Notes: generated by a model from the letters alone, not told the origin. DNA of 64,000 nt from Patescibacteria group bacterium (GCA_049322675.1 JBMORM010000014.1:15896-79895); one strand, 5' to 3'. Counted from the first letter of the stretch, positions 11,016 to 22,465 are shown. Program-made: numbers and translations.

Positions 11016-11816
11016 ATGGAAAAACCAAAAAACAGATCCCGCTTCAGAACAACACTCGGTACCCCGTATCATTTGATAAAAAAATATTTTTATTGGCATT
11101 TTTCCGGGACCAACTTTACTTCTCGGCAATCTGATTCAGTCTTTCCGGAATTAATATATTCTCACCAGACTCCCTTGTTGCGGCGGTTAAAAGAAGTAGA
11201 TATGCAATGGCAGCACAATAAAATTACAAATCTCAAATTGGCTATCAAGAAAATTAATCATTTGATCATTGAACCGGGGCAAACTTTTTCTTTTTGGCGT
11301 CAAATTGGTTGCCCTTCCGCTCGCCAAGGTTATCTTGAAGGCATGATTTTACAAGACGGGAAAATCAAACAAGCAATTGGCGGTGGTCTTTGTCAACTTT
11401 CCAATCTACTCTTTTGGATAACCGCCCATACTCCACTGACAATCATTGAACGTTGGCGTCATGATTATGATGTATTCCCCGATTGTCAGCGCAGCCAGCC
11501 TTTTGGTAGTGGAGCTACTTGTTGTTATCCCAATATTGATCTTCAAATCAAAAACAATACTTCTCAAATTTTCCAACTGATTCTTAATGTTGGCACCAAT
11601 GATCTTGTCGGCGAGTGGCGTTCAAATCAACCTGCTGTCAATCATTATCGGATCATAGAAAAAAACCATTTGATTATTAGTGAGTGGTGGGGTGGTTACA
11701 CCAGAAATAACCAGTTATATCGTCAAGTTATTGATCCCGTCACCGGCACGGTTTTTCGGGAGGAATTCTTGGTGGACAATCATGCCGTCATGATGTACAA
11801 CCCATTATTGAAATGA
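11016..11816 (+). CDS. VanW-like family protein
   Basis: GGGLCQLSNLLFWITAHTPLTIIERWRHDYDVFP...GSGATCCYPNIDLQIKNNT matches the VanW (PF04294-like) core; the ORF-track TTG start at 10989 lies inside the rpoC terminator, so ATG 11016 (MEKPKN) is preferred; TGA stop. Confidence 0.7.
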   Translation: MEKPKNRSRFRTTLGTPYHLIKKYFYWHFSGTNFTSRQSDSVFPELIYSHQTPLLRRLKEVDMQWQHNKITNLKLAIKKINHLIIEPGQTFSFWRQIGCPSARQGYLEGMILQDGKIKQAIGGGLCQLSNLLFWITAHTPLTIIERWRHDYDVFPDCQRSQPFGSGATCCYPNIDLQIKNNTSQIFQLILNVGTNDLVGEWRSNQPAVNHYRIIEKNHLIISEWWGGYTRNNQLYRQVIDPVTGTVFREEFLVDNHAVMMYNPLLK

Positions 11817-12074
11817 TATTTATAATCTTCTTAAGTTCGTTTATTGACCTTTGTTGACTTGACTTATTTATTTATGCTAAATTAAGATAGCAATAAATAG
11901 AGATCAAATTTTTCAATTCTCAACTACTACTCCACATATTTGTCTTTTGCTCAATTTAAAAAGTAATGGCGTAACACTACGTCACTAATTTATTGAATTT
12001 ATTATTTAGTTCCAAGTTTTTAATTCTCAATTATTCAATATTGAAAATTAAAAATTGAAAATTAAATTTTATAA

Positions 12075-12494
12075 ATGCCCACAATCAATCAGCTTATCAA
12101 AAATCGCACTTCTCGCCGTCAGAAATATAAAAAAAGTAAAACTCCGGCACTGGCCAAAGGATTTAACTCTTTGAAAAACCGTTCCGTAGAGTATCAAAGT
12201 CCATTCAAGCGTGGCTTCTGTCTCAAAGTACACACCATGACACCAAAAAAACCAAACTCAGCTTTGCGCAAAGTCGCCCGCGTACGTTTAACCAATGGCA
12301 TGGAAGTTACTGCCTATATTCCCGGAGAAGGCCACAATCTGCAGGAACATTCAGTAGTCATACTTCGTGGCGGACGTGTCAAAGATCTTCCCGGAGTGCG
12401 CTATCATGTTGTCCGCGGCAAACTCGACACAGGTGGAGTCAACGATCGTAAACAAAGCCGCAGCAAATACGGCGCCAAAAAACCAAAGAAATAA
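12075..12494 (+). CDS. rpsL: 30S ribosomal protein S12
   Basis: [10 protein letters not shown]...[19 protein letters not shown], classic S12. Confidence 0.96.
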   Translation: MPTINQLIKNRTSRRQKYKKSKTPALAKGFNSLKNRSVEYQSPFKRGFCLKVHTMTPKKPNSALRKVARVRLTNGMEVTAYIPGEGHNLQEHSVVILRGGRVKDLPGVRYHVVRGKLDTGGVNDRKQSRSKYGAKKPKK

Positions 12495-12504
12495 ATAGTT
12501 ACAA

Positions 12505-12578
12505 GTTTTCAAGTTATGAAGTTGAAAGTTAAAAAGAAGAATCTTTATAACTTTACAAACTTTCCAACTTTCAAATAC
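12505..12578. repeat. AT-rich palindromic repeat (GTTGAAAGTT family) downstream of rpsL
   Basis: AGTTATGAAGTTGAAAGTT ... AACTTTACAAACTTTCCAACTTTCAA arranged as an imperfect inverted repeat. Confidence 0.5.
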
Positions 12579-12622
12579 ATCGTTCATTGTTAATTATTAA
12601 TTATTAATTTAAATTATCCCCC

Positions 12623-13096
12623 ATGCCACGACGCAAAAGACCTTTCAAAAAAAACCGCCAAACCGACTCGAAATACAATAGCGTATTAGTCAACCGCATG
12701 ATCCAGATGATTATCTGGAAAGGAAAAAAAAGTGTAGCTCAGCGATTGGTTTATGGCGCGTTATCCGAATTAGAAAAAAAATCAAACAAGCCAGCCATGG
12801 AAGCACTCGAACAAGCGATCAAAAATGTTTCTCCAGTTTTGGAATTGAAAGCGCGCCGTATTGGTGGTTCCAATTATCAAGTCCCCGTCGAAGTCAAATC
12901 AGAAAGAGCCGTTACTCTCTCGCTACGCTGGTTAATTGCTGCCGCTCGCGAAAAATCCGGCAAATCTTTTGATATTTTGTTGGCCAACGAATTGTTGGAC
13001 GCTTTAAATACTACTGGTTCAGCAATCAAAAAACGCGAAGACACTCATCGTATGGCCGAAGCCAACAAGGCCTTTGCCTATTTAGCCAGATACTAG
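12623..13096 (+). CDS. rpsG: 30S ribosomal protein S7
   Basis: MPRRKRPFKKNRQTDSKYNSVLVNRMIQ... S7 family. Confidence 0.95.
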   Translation: MPRRKRPFKKNRQTDSKYNSVLVNRMIQMIIWKGKKSVAQRLVYGALSELEKKSNKPAMEALEQAIKNVSPVLELKARRIGGSNYQVPVEVKSERAVTLSLRWLIAAAREKSGKSFDILLANELLDALNTTGSAIKKREDTHRMAEANKAFAYLARY

Positions 13097-13263
13097 TCCA
13101 TTTGCAAAACTCAAATTCAAAACAAAGATTGTAATTTTTTTCCTTTCGTTTTTTTGAGTTTTGTCCGCCAAGATAATATTTCTCCGGCGGATAATTTTTT
13201 TCTTACGCTAGCCGACAAACAACAAAAAATTTAATTATTCATTGTTAATTATTAATTCAAAAA

Positions 13264-15345
13264 ATGAGAGATTATATTTTAGAGAAAGTGCGCAACATCG
13301 GAACTATCGCCCATATTGATGCCGGTAAAACCACTGTTACCGAGGGTATCTTGTATATCACCGGTCGCATTCATAAAATCGGCGAAGTACACCAGGGTGA
13401 AACACAAATGGATTGGATGGAACAAGAAAAAGAACGTGGCATCACTATTACTTCTGCCGCCACTACCTGCTTTTGGAAAGATCATCGCATCAATATTATT
13501 GATACGCCTGGCCACGTTGATTTTACTGCCGAAGTCGAACGATCCCTTCGCGTGCTTGACGGAGCGGTTGTTATTTTTGATGGCAAAATGGGAGTCGAAC
13601 CTCAATCCGAAACGGTTTGGCGCCAAGCTGATAAATATCATGTTCCGCGTATTTGTTTTGTCAATAAAATAAATCAAACCGGTGGCGATTTCTATGCTTC
13701 CCTAAATTCTATCCGCGAACGTCTTAGCGCCAATGCATATCCAATCGCTCTACCGATTGGTTTTGAGAAAGAGATCAATGGCGTCGTGGATTTGGTTGAG
13801 TTAAAATCGTACACCTACAAAGATTACACAGATAAAGAGTTGACGATTGGAGAAGTTCCGGCTGATATGGCTGACAAAGTTAAACAATACCGCCAAGAAT
13901 TGATGGAAAAAGTTGTCGAAGCTGACGACGCCCTGATGGCCAAATATCTTGAAACCGGCGAATTGACTACCGAAGAATTCAAATCGGCTATTCGCAAAAG
14001 CGTTATCAGCGGAAATTTCTTCGCCATCATGGGCGGTGACGGTCGTGGCGTTATTGTCAATAAATTACTCGATGCCATCGTGGACTATTTACCGAGCCCG
14101 CTTGATCTTCCTCCTGTTGAAGGCCAATTACTTGATTCTGACGAAAAAATTTCTATCTCTCCCAATGATACCGATCCTTTTGCTGCTCTCGCTTTCAAAA
14201 TTGCCACTGATCCTTTTGTGGGTCGTCTTTGTTTTATTCGTGTTTATACCGGTGTTCTGCAGGCCGGCAGTTATATTCTAAATTCTTCCACGGGTAAAAA
14301 AGAAAGAGTCGGTCGTATCGTTCGCCTACACGCCAACAAAAGAGAAGATATAGATTCCGTCTATTCCGGTGAGATTGCCGCCATCGTAGGCATCAAAGAT
14401 ACTACAACCGGCGATACCGTCTGTGACGAAAAGAGACCTCTTACTCTCGAAAAAATTACCTTCCCCGAACCAGTCATCCGTGTCGCTATCGAACCAAAAA
14501 CCAAAGCCGACCAAGACAAACTAGGTATTGCTTTAGTTAAACTAGCCGAAGAAGATCCAACCTTCCGCATCAATACCGATGAAGAAACCGGTCAAACTAT
14601 TATCGCCGGTATGGGAGAGCTTCATTTGGAAATTATCGTTGATCGTTTGCGCCGGGAATTCAAAGTAGAAGCCAATGTTGGCGCACCCCAAGTCGCCTTC
14701 CGTGAAAGTATCAAAAAATCAGTTGAACAAGAAGGTAAATTTATCCGTCAATCAGGCGGTCGTGGTCAATACGGTCACGTTTATCTTCGACTGGAACCGC
14801 TTGAGCCCGGCAAAGGTTTTGAATTTGAAAATGCTATTGTCGGCGGAGTTGTTCCCAAAGAATATATATCAGCCGTTGAAAAAGGAGTCGTTGAAGCTTG
14901 CAATCGTGGCGTTTTGGCCGGATATCCTGTTGTTGACGTCAAAGTTACCATTTTTGATGGTTCCTACCACGAAGTTGACTCTTCAGAAATGGCTTTCAAA
15001 GTCGCCGGTTCCATGGCCCTACAAGATGGTGTCCGAAAAGCTGATCCTGTCATTCTCGAACCAATTATGTCTGTTGAAGTTATTACCCCCGAAGATTTCA
15101 TGGGCGATGTAATGGGTGATCTCAACTCCAAACGTGGGCAAATCACCAGTATGACTGACCGTTCGCAAGCCAAAGTTGTTGCCGCCAAAGTACCTCTTTC
15201 CGAAATGTTTGGATATGCCACTACTTTACGTTCCATGACTCAAGGTCGTGCTTTCTTTACTATGGAACCTTCACATTATGCCGAAGTCCCACGCAATATC
15301 GCCGACGAAATAATCAGCAAACGTTCTCCCGCCCCGCAGAAATAA
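13264..15345 (+). CDS. fusA: elongation factor G
   Basis: [17 protein letters not shown], full EF-G domain series; 693 aa. Confidence 0.96.
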   Translation: MRDYILEKVRNIGTIAHIDAGKTTVTEGILYITGRIHKIGEVHQGETQMDWMEQEKERGITITSAATTCFWKDHRINIIDTPGHVDFTAEVERSLRVLDGAVVIFDGKMGVEPQSETVWRQADKYHVPRICFVNKINQTGGDFYASLNSIRERLSANAYPIALPIGFEKEINGVVDLVELKSYTYKDYTDKELTIGEVPADMADKVKQYRQELMEKVVEADDALMAKYLETGELTTEEFKSAIRKSVISGNFFAIMGGDGRGVIVNKLLDAIVDYLPSPLDLPPVEGQLLDSDEKISISPNDTDPFAALAFKIATDPFVGRLCFIRVYTGVLQAGSYILNSSTGKKERVGRIVRLHANKREDIDSVYSGEIAAIVGIKDTTTGDTVCDEKRPLTLEKITFPEPVIRVAIEPKTKADQDKLGIALVKLAEEDPTFRINTDEETGQTIIAGMGELHLEIIVDRLRREFKVEANVGAPQVAFRESIKKSVEQEGKFIRQSGGRGQYGHVYLRLEPLEPGKGFEFENAIVGGVVPKEYISAVEKGVVEACNRGVLAGYPVVDVKVTIFDGSYHEVDSSEMAFKVAGSMALQDGVRKADPVILEPIMSVEVITPEDFMGDVMGDLNSKRGQITSMTDRSQAKVVAAKVPLSEMFGYATTLRSMTQGRAFFTMEPSHYAEVPRNIADEIISKRSPAPQK

Positions 15346-15351
15346 TTTGAG

Positions 15352-15465
15352 TTTACAAAGTTGAAAGTTATTAAGTCAGATGCTTATATAGTTTCAAATT
15401 TTTATACATTCACGTTTCGTCTCCAACTTCACAACTTGATAACTTTACAACTTTCAACTAATATC
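15352..15465. repeat. AT-rich palindromic repeat pair (AGTTGAAAGTT) downstream of fusA
   Basis: GTTTACAAAGTTGAAAGTTATTAAG ... CTTGATAACTTTACAACTTTCAAC form an inverted repeat with ~50 nt between the arms. Confidence 0.5.
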
Positions 15466-15499
15466 ACTATTTCAAGAAAAAAATAAGCCAAAAATATTT

Positions 15500-15527
15500 T
15501 TGCTCGACATCAATTTGTCTGTAATAT
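15500..15527 (+). promoter_or_regulatory. candidate sigma70-like promoter for tuf
   Basis: TTGCTC (15500-15505), 16-nt spacer, TAATAT (15522-15527); followed ~150 nt later by a strong SD AAGAAAGGAG in front of the tuf ATG. Confidence 0.3.
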
Positions 15528-15693
15528 AAAAAGTTCTTGGTTTTGTTTTGCTGACTATGTTATTATTGTTGTAGTTGTCTCAACTGCTGTTAAAATTTTA
15601 TTTATATATTCTTAAATTATTATCATCTAACTTACATCTTCACTTTTTTAAAAAAATTTTTTAAAAAAAGAAAGTAAGAAAGGAGTATTTCAC

Positions 15694-16896
15694 ATGGCAG
15701 ACACAAAATTTGATCGTTCCAAGCCTCATCTCAACATTGGTACAATTGGTCACGTCGATCACGGTAAAACCACATTGACCGCCGCTATCACTTTAGTTTT
15801 AGACAAACACCAAGCTGAAGGTTACGGTTCTCGTCCCGAAAAATATGACCAAATCGACAACGCCCCCGAAGAAAAAGAACGTGGTATCACTATTGCCACG
15901 CATCATTCCGAATATTGGACTCCAAAAAGACACTATGCCCACGTTGATTGTCCTGGTCATGCTGACTACATTAAAAACATGATTACCGGCGCCGCTCAAA
16001 TGGACGGAGCTATCTTGGTTGTTTCCGCCGCCGACGGTCCGATGCCTCAAACTCGCGAACATATTTTGTTAGCTAGCCAAGTCAATGTTCCGCATATCGT
16101 TGTTTTCTTAAACAAAGTTGACATGGTGGACGATCCAGAATTGATCGACTTGGTTGAAGTTGAAATTCGTGAATTATTAACCAAATACGGATTCCCAGGC
16201 GATACTGTTCCGATTATTCGCGGTTCTGCTTTGAAGGCCATGGAAAATTCCGGCGATCCAGAAATTTCCAAACCAATTTTTGATCTCATCAACACTATTG
16301 ACGAATTTATTCCGGAACCACAACGTCAAGTTGATAAACCATTCCTGATGCCTATCGAAGATATTTTTACCATCGAGGGTCGCGGTACTGTTGTTACTGG
16401 TCGTATTGATCGAGGTATTGTCAAGATAAACGAAGAAATCGAAATAATTGGTATTTCAGATACTCAAAAAACTGTCGTTACTGGTATCGAAATGTTCAAC
16501 AAATCTCTTGACGAAGGTCGTGCTGGTGACAACGCAGGTATCTTGCTTAGAGGCATCAAAAAAGAAGACGTTGCTCGCGGACAAGTATTGGCCAAACCTG
16601 GCAGTATTTTACCGCATAGTGAATTCGAAGCTGAGACTTATATCCTAACCAAAGAAGAAGGCGGACGACATACTCCATTCTTCAAAGGGTATAAACCGCA
16701 ATTCTATATTCGAACCACTGACGTTACTGGCGAAGTATTCCTACCGGAAGGTTCCGAAATGATTATGCCTGGTGATACTGTCAATATCAAAGTCAAATTG
16801 ATTGCCCCAATCGCCCTCGAAGAAGGATCCAAATTTGCTATCCGTGAAGGTGGCAAAACCGTCGGTGCCGGAGTTGTTACCAAAATTATCGCTTAA
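15694..16896 (+). CDS. tuf: elongation factor Tu
   Basis: [22 protein letters not shown]; 400 aa; strong SD. Confidence 0.97.
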   Translation: MADTKFDRSKPHLNIGTIGHVDHGKTTLTAAITLVLDKHQAEGYGSRPEKYDQIDNAPEEKERGITIATHHSEYWTPKRHYAHVDCPGHADYIKNMITGAAQMDGAILVVSAADGPMPQTREHILLASQVNVPHIVVFLNKVDMVDDPELIDLVEVEIRELLTKYGFPGDTVPIIRGSALKAMENSGDPEISKPIFDLINTIDEFIPEPQRQVDKPFLMPIEDIFTIEGRGTVVTGRIDRGIVKINEEIEIIGISDTQKTVVTGIEMFNKSLDEGRAGDNAGILLRGIKKEDVARGQVLAKPGSILPHSEFEAETYILTKEEGGRHTPFFKGYKPQFYIRTTDVTGEVFLPEGSEMIMPGDTVNIKVKLIAPIALEEGSKFAIREGGKTVGAGVVTKIIA

Positions 16897-17052
16897 TCTC
16901 TCTTGTAAGTTTGATTGCTTAAAGGGGAGGAATGTAATCTTTTACCTTCTTCCCCTCTTGTTGCCTCTATGCAAATATTTAAAATCTAAAATTATAACTC
17001 ACATCATAGTTGTAATTTTATATTTTACATTTTTGTCTTAACAAATAAAGCC

Positions 17053-17382
17053 ATGACGACGAACGCCAATACTACTGATCAACAACGAATCCGTATCAAA
17101 ATCAAAGCCTACGATCATCGCGTTATTGATAATTCTGTCAAACAGATTATCAAAACCGCCAGCCGTACCGGCGCCAAAATCAACGGTCCTATTCCTCTGC
17201 CGGTTGAAAAATCCAATTATACTGTCTTGCGTTCCACCTTTATTGACAAAAACTCCCGGGAACAATTTGAAATGAGAATTCATAAACGACTTATTGATAT
17301 TTTAAATCCCACTCCCAAAACCATCGACGCTCTCATGAATCTTGGTTTACCAGCCGGTGTTGATGTCGAAATAAAAATGTAA
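17053..17382 (+). CDS. rpsJ: 30S ribosomal protein S10
   Basis: [40 protein letters not shown]. Confidence 0.95.
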   Translation: MTTNANTTDQQRIRIKIKAYDHRVIDNSVKQIIKTASRTGAKINGPIPLPVEKSNYTVLRSTFIDKNSREQFEMRIHKRLIDILNPTPKTIDALMNLGLPAGVDVEIKM

Positions 17383-17411
17383 TTTTCAACTTAATATCCA
17401 ATATCTACTCT

Positions 17412-18008
17412 ATGAAAATACTCCTCGGTAAAAAAATTGGCATGACTACTCTGATAGCTGATTCCGGCAAAATTGAACCGGCCACTATCATCGAAGCCGG
17501 ACCATGTATCGTTACTCAAATCAAAAATCTCGCTAAAAAATCTTTTCAAATCGGTTATGGTGCCACCAAAAAAAACACCAAAGCTATTTCTGGTCACCTC
17601 AAAGGAAAGACACTAAAGTATTTGCGGGAATTTCCCCTAGACGAGGAAAATTCGGAAATATATCAAGCTGACGCCACCATTGATCTTTCAATCTTCGATA
17701 CCAAAAAAACAGTTGATATTACTGGAACCTCCAAAGGGAAGGGATTTGCTGGAACCGTCAAAAGATACAACTTTAGCATTGGACCAAAAAGTCATGGTTC
17801 CAAACATCACCGTCGTGTTGGCTCTACCGGTTGTCGCTTTCCTCAACATACTATCAAAGGTCGTCGCATGCCGGGAAGAATGGGTAACGAACAAGTCACC
17901 ACAAAACATTTATCAATTCTGCGAATCGAAACCGACAAGAATCTTCTTATTGTTCGCGGCGCTGTTCCAGGAACCAAAAATAGACTTGTAGTTATAAAAC
18001 AACATTAA
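17412..18008 (+). CDS. rplC: 50S ribosomal protein L3
   Basis: MKILLGKKIGMTTL..., GKGFAGTVKRYNF. Confidence 0.95.
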   Translation: MKILLGKKIGMTTLIADSGKIEPATIIEAGPCIVTQIKNLAKKSFQIGYGATKKNTKAISGHLKGKTLKYLREFPLDEENSEIYQADATIDLSIFDTKKTVDITGTSKGKGFAGTVKRYNFSIGPKSHGSKHHRRVGSTGCRFPQHTIKGRRMPGRMGNEQVTTKHLSILRIETDKNLLIVRGAVPGTKNRLVVIKQH

Positions 18009-18047
18009 TTTTTTCACCGATATTAACCGCTTTTAATAACCAATCAC

Positions 18048-18728
18048 ATGGCAGCTCGTTCAACTAAAATCAAGAATACTGACAAATTAACTGTACCGAT
18101 TTTTGATAGCAAAGGACAAAGTCAAAACAATTTGGATATCAACGAATATTTTTCCCAAAAAGAACTGACGTCCGGATTCAATCCAAGTTTTGTTCATCAA
18201 ACTGTTCTGGCCTATCACAACAATCTCAGACAAGCTACCGCCAAAACCAAAACTCGCGCCGAAGTGTCCGGTGGTGGCAAAAAACCATGGCGTCAAAAAG
18301 GTACCGGTCGGGCTCGTCAAGGTTCTATTCGTTCTCCACAATGGCGTAAAGGTGGAGTTGTATTCGGACCAACCGGCTCTCAAAATTTTTCCGTCAAACT
18401 CAATTCTCGGGTCAAAGCCAAAGCCATGCGTTTTGCTCTACTCGATTTATTAAACCAAGAAAAATTGGTAATCATTGATAATCTACCCGCTATCAAATCA
18501 ACTAAAGATTTGAAGCATTTTCTCAAACAATACAGTATTAGTCAGAAAAATCTCCTCGGCCTAGAACTAAAAGACTTGTTATACTTTCAATTTGCTGCTA
18601 ACTTAGATATTGTGTATCCAAAACTAATCAACCAAATAAATCCGTTGGATTTGTTTCGTTGTCAGACATTCATATGTTCGCAAGAATCATTCACTAATCT
18701 ATTAAAACGAGTAAAAGCCAGTAAATAA
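18048..18728 (+). CDS. rplD: 50S ribosomal protein L4
   Basis: GGGKKPWRQKGTGRARQGSIRSPQWRKGGVVFGP. Confidence 0.93.
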   Translation: MAARSTKIKNTDKLTVPIFDSKGQSQNNLDINEYFSQKELTSGFNPSFVHQTVLAYHNNLRQATAKTKTRAEVSGGGKKPWRQKGTGRARQGSIRSPQWRKGGVVFGPTGSQNFSVKLNSRVKAKAMRFALLDLLNQEKLVIIDNLPAIKSTKDLKHFLKQYSISQKNLLGLELKDLLYFQFAANLDIVYPKLINQINPLDLFRCQTFICSQESFTNLLKRVKASK

Positions 18729-18736
18729 TTTCTTCT

Positions 18737-19015
18737 ATGCTCAATATTATCATCAAACCAGTCATCACTGAAAAAAGTCTTTTTTATGCCGCTTCCCAAA
18801 GATACTCTTTTTTTATTCATCCCAAAGCGAATAAGTATCAGGTCAAATCGGCTATCAAACAGGCCTTCAAAGTTGATGTTGAAACCGTACGCATTGTCAA
18901 TGTCAAGTCAAAAAAACGCCGTCGCGGTCGTTTTGTCGGTCAAACGGCGGCCGCCAAGAAAGCCATTGTTACTCTTGCCAAAGACCAAAAAATTGAATTT
19001 TTTGATAAACTTTAA
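18737..19015 (+). CDS. rplW: 50S ribosomal protein L23
   Basis: IIKPVITEKS...KYQVKSAIKQAFKVDVETVRIVN. Confidence 0.93.
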   Translation: MLNIIIKPVITEKSLFYAASQRYSFFIHPKANKYQVKSAIKQAFKVDVETVRIVNVKSKKRRRGRFVGQTAAAKKAIVTLAKDQKIEFFDKL

Positions 19016-19038
19016 ACCTCATTTTCTAATTAATTCTT

Positions 19039-19872
19039 ATGTCTGTTAAATCATTTAGACCAAATACGCCCGGCCGTCGTCAAATGACAATGCTGGTCAA
19101 CAATACAATTACTGTTTCCAAGCCAACCAAAAAATTGTTGGTTCCTCTCAAAAAAAACGCAGGACGCAACAATCGCGGTATTATTACTTGTCGCCATCGT
19201 GGCGGTGGATCTCGCAGGCAATACCGTCTAATTGATTTCAAGGGAAACAAACTCAATATTTCCGGCACAATCAAATCAATCGAATACGATCCAAATCGCT
19301 CTGCCAATATCGCTCTCGTCTGTTATCCTGATGGTGACAAAAGATACATGATTGCTCCTGAAGGATTAAAAACTGGAGACAAAGTTATCGTCAGCCCCAA
19401 AGCTGAATTAAAAATTGGCAATCGACTGCAACTAAAAAATATTCCTACCGGTTTCAATATTCACAACATCGAACTCTCTCCTCAGCGCGGTGGACAAATA
19501 GTCCGTTCTGCCGGTTCTTCCGCAATGGTTATCGGCCGAGACGGTTCCAAAATTCAAGTTAAATTACCTTCTTCGTCTATTATCCTTATTCCCGAAGATT
19601 GCATGGCTACGATTGGTCAAGTCTCCAACTTGGATCATTCCAATGTCAAAATTGGCAAGGCTGGACGCACTAGACATTTTGGTCGCCGCCCGAAAGTACG
19701 TGGTAAAGTAATGAATCCAGTTGATCATCCGCATGGTGGAGGTGAAGGGCGCAATTCAATCGGTCTCAAGTATGCCAAGACCCCCTGGGGCGCTCACGCT
19801 TTGGGTGTCAAAACTAGAAAAATGCGCAAATATTCACAAACTCGCATTATCAAAGATCGTCGTAAAAAATAA
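19039..19872 (+). CDS. rplB: 50S ribosomal protein L2
   Basis: GRNNRGIITCRHRGGGSRRQYRLIDF..., HPHGGGEG. Confidence 0.96.
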   Translation: MSVKSFRPNTPGRRQMTMLVNNTITVSKPTKKLLVPLKKNAGRNNRGIITCRHRGGGSRRQYRLIDFKGNKLNISGTIKSIEYDPNRSANIALVCYPDGDKRYMIAPEGLKTGDKVIVSPKAELKIGNRLQLKNIPTGFNIHNIELSPQRGGQIVRSAGSSAMVIGRDGSKIQVKLPSSSIILIPEDCMATIGQVSNLDHSNVKIGKAGRTRHFGRRPKVRGKVMNPVDHPHGGGEGRNSIGLKYAKTPWGAHALGVKTRKMRKYSQTRIIKDRRKK

Positions 19873-19910
19873 CAATTTACCTATATTTTTAGATATTTAA
19901 AATTTAACAC

Positions 19911-20231
19911 ATGTCTCGTTCACTAAAAAAAGGACCATTCTGCGAACCAAAACTTTTAAAAAGGATTAGAGCTCTCAAGCCGGGAGATAAGACAGTATTA
20001 AAAACTTGGTCGCGCGCCAGTGTAATCTATCCCGATTTTGTTGGCTTTACTGTTGCTGTTCACAATGGCAAGGATCATATTCCAGTATATGTTTCGGAAA
20101 ATATGGTCGGTCACAAATTTGGTGAATTTGCTCCTACCAGAAAATTTCGTGGACATGGTGGAAAAATGGCTAAAGAACAAGCCAAATCAGCCGCTCCTGC
20201 ATCAGCTCCGGCCGCTCCCGCCAAAAAATAA
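19911..20231 (+). CDS. rpsS: 30S ribosomal protein S19, with an Ala/Pro/Lys-rich C-terminal tail
   Basis: [36 protein letters not shown]; C-terminal tail [20 protein letters not shown]. Confidence 0.95.
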   Translation: MSRSLKKGPFCEPKLLKRIRALKPGDKTVLKTWSRASVIYPDFVGFTVAVHNGKDHIPVYVSENMVGHKFGEFAPTRKFRGHGGKMAKEQAKSAAPASAPAAPAKK

Positions 20232-20258
20232 TTAAATTTCTTATTAATAACAATTCCC

Positions 20259-20765
20259 ATGACCGAAGTAATTGCAAAAACCCGTTTCGCTCAATCAGCT
20301 CCTCGCAAACTACGCGCGGTTGCCAAACTGGTAAAAAGCAAACCCGCCTTCCCTTCACTGACTACTCTCCAATTCACTCCCAAAAAAGCAGCCAAAGTAT
20401 TGGCAAAAACTCTGAAAACAGCTATTTACAATGCTGTCAACAACTTCAACTACGACAAAAAAGATTTGATAATCAAAAATATCTTGATCGATCAAGGACC
20501 AACACTTGTCCGTTTTATTGCTATGGCAAGAGGTTCCGGCAATTCTTATAAAAAAAGAACTTCTCATATTACTGTTATCCTGGAAGTAGTCGAACCAGTT
20601 TCTATTACCAAAACACCCGCAAAAAAAGCCGATTCTCCAGCTAAAACTGTTACCAAAAAAACTTCCAGCAAATCAAAAGCTACCAAGAAAGATACTGCAA
20701 AAGCAAAAGGTGCCAAAACAACTGTTTCTGTCCGTTCTCGTCGCACTCCTAAACCAAAAAAATAA
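20259..20765 (+). CDS. rplV: 50S ribosomal protein L22, with a Lys-rich C-terminal extension
   Basis: L22 core followed by a ~55-aa K/T/A-rich tail. Confidence 0.93.
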   Translation: MTEVIAKTRFAQSAPRKLRAVAKLVKSKPAFPSLTTLQFTPKKAAKVLAKTLKTAIYNAVNNFNYDKKDLIIKNILIDQGPTLVRFIAMARGSGNSYKKRTSHITVILEVVEPVSITKTPAKKADSPAKTVTKKTSSKSKATKKDTAKAKGAKTTVSVRSRRTPKPKK

Positions 20766-20803
20766 TTTCTTCTTTATTATTTGTAAATTTTTAACTAAGC
20801 CTC

Positions 20804-21466
20804 ATGGGTCAAAAAGTACATCCTTATATTTTCCGTCTTGGTATGATTAATGATTGGAAATCAAAGTGGTTTTCCAGTAAAAACTACCGACAATTTTTAC
20901 ACCAGGATTTGAAAATCAAAAAATTTATCAACAAAAAATTGGCTCACGCCGGTCTTGCCGATATTATTATTGAACGTTCCGCTGGACAAATTACTATCAA
21001 TATCCACACCGCACGCCCCGGCATCATTATCGGACGAGGGGGCACTGGAGTTGATGAGCTAAAAAAAGAACTTCAAAAGATTCTCTTACCCTCAGACAAA
21101 ATTCAACTAAATATAATCGAAGTCCGTCAACCCGATACCGTCGCTACTTTAGTTGCTCAAAATATCGCCAGTCAGATTGAAAAAAGAATCCCTTACAAAA
21201 GAGCGATCAAACAAGCCATCGAACGCGCTCTGCAAGCAAGAGTCGAAGGTATTAAAGTGATTGTAAAAGGTCGTCTCAATAACGTTGATATTGCCCGCTG
21301 TGAAACTTTTGCCAAAGGAAAAATTCCTCTTCATACCATTCGCGCCAATATTGACTACTGTAGTTTACCCGCCTTTACCGCCACATCAGGAAAAGTTGGA
21401 GTGAAAGTATGGATATACAAAGGTGAACATTTTAGAACAGACAAAATTAATCAACCGCAAGCTTAA
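20804..21466 (+). CDS. rpsC: 30S ribosomal protein S3
   Basis: MGQKVHPYIFRLG..., KH domain. Confidence 0.95.
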   Translation: MGQKVHPYIFRLGMINDWKSKWFSSKNYRQFLHQDLKIKKFINKKLAHAGLADIIIERSAGQITINIHTARPGIIIGRGGTGVDELKKELQKILLPSDKIQLNIIEVRQPDTVATLVAQNIASQIEKRIPYKRAIKQAIERALQARVEGIKVIVKGRLNNVDIARCETFAKGKIPLHTIRANIDYCSLPAFTATSGKVGVKVWIYKGEHFRTDKINQPQA

Positions 21467-21477
21467 TCTAAATTCAT

Positions 21478-21882
21478 ATGTTACTTCCCAAGAAACTCAA
21501 ATATCGAAAACGACAAACAGGTTCCTTCAAAGGAGTCTCTATCGCCGGCTCACAATTAAATTTCGGCAAATTTGGTTTAAAAGCACTGGAGAGATCCTTT
21601 GTTACTTCCCGCCAAATAGAAGCTGCCCGCCGTGCTATGACTCGTTTTATTCAAAGAGGAGGACAAATTTGGATTCGGGTATTTCCCGATCAACCGATTA
21701 CCAAAAAACCCAATGAAGTCCGCATGGGTTCAGGAAAAGGAGCAGTTGATCACTACTCAGTTCGTATCTTGCCAGGACGAATAATGTTCGAAATCGATGG
21801 TCTTCCACCGGAAACCGCCAAACGTGCTCTTGTTTTAGCCTCTCACAAATTACCAATCAAGACAAAAATTGTCATCAAATAA
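21478..21882 (+). CDS. rplP: 50S ribosomal protein L16
   Basis: MLLPKKLKYRKRQTGSFKG... Confidence 0.95.
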   Translation: MLLPKKLKYRKRQTGSFKGVSIAGSQLNFGKFGLKALERSFVTSRQIEAARRAMTRFIQRGGQIWIRVFPDQPITKKPNEVRMGSGKGAVDHYSVRILPGRIMFEIDGLPPETAKRALVLASHKLPIKTKIVIK

Positions 21883-21897
21883 TATTTTCTATATACT

Positions 21898-22107
21898 ATG
21901 AAAGCAGCCCAAATACGTCAAAAGAACACCGAAGAATTACTCAAATTACTTACCGATAGCTATGAGCAATTGCGAGATTTTCGCTTTCAGGCTTCTATTC
22001 GTAAACTTAAAAATGTTAAACAGATCAACGCCGTCAAAAAAGACGTCGCGCGCATTCTTACTATCTTAATCGAGAGAAACAATCAAAATGAGCAACCAAG
22101 TAACTAA
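21898..22107 (+). CDS. rpmC: 50S ribosomal protein L29
   Basis: 69 aa; MKAAQIRQKNTEELLKLL...; overlaps the rpsQ start by 20 nt. Confidence 0.9.
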   Translation: MKAAQIRQKNTEELLKLLTDSYEQLRDFRFQASIRKLKNVKQINAVKKDVARILTILIERNNQNEQPSN

Positions 22108-22369
22108 AACTCAAAAAGGACGAGTCGTTTCCGCCAAAATGGATAAAACCGTTGTCGTCCGTGTCGATCGATATGCCCGTCACCCAAAATATCTCAAACG
22201 CTACTTGATTAGTAAAAAATATTTTGCCCATAATCACAACAACAAAGCCAAACTCGGCGACACAGTAATTATTAAAGAATCTAGACCGTTAAGTCGCTTG
22301 AAACGTTGGACTGTCCAAGAAATAGTTGCCTCCGCTTCCATCGTCGATTCTACCGCCACCAAAGAATAA
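22088..22369 (+). CDS. rpsQ: 30S ribosomal protein S17
   Basis: KGRVVSAKMDKTVVVRVDRYARHPKY. Confidence 0.94.
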   Translation: MSNQVTKTQKGRVVSAKMDKTVVVRVDRYARHPKYLKRYLISKKYFAHNHNNKAKLGDTVIIKESRPLSRLKRWTVQEIVASASIVDSTATKE

Positions 22370-22465
22370 TTTTCTTCATATTTCTAGATATCTCAACGAA
22401 ATATTGTTTGAAAATTACAAATTATAAATTGAAAATTATTCCTTAGATTATTAATTTCTTTTCCC

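Noticed and set aside
11814-11816. Alternative genetic code (UGA recoding, as in Gracilibacteria/Absconditabacteria)
   Set aside because: TGA is used as a terminator (VanW-like gene) and all long conserved genes are intact under code 11. There is no sign of in-frame TGA in conserved proteins.
3803-16295. Numerous 60-130-aa ORFs on the opposite strand or in alternate frames within rpoB, rpoC, fusA, tuf and other long genes
   Set aside because: They are shadow ORFs inside strongly supported conserved genes, with no independent signals.
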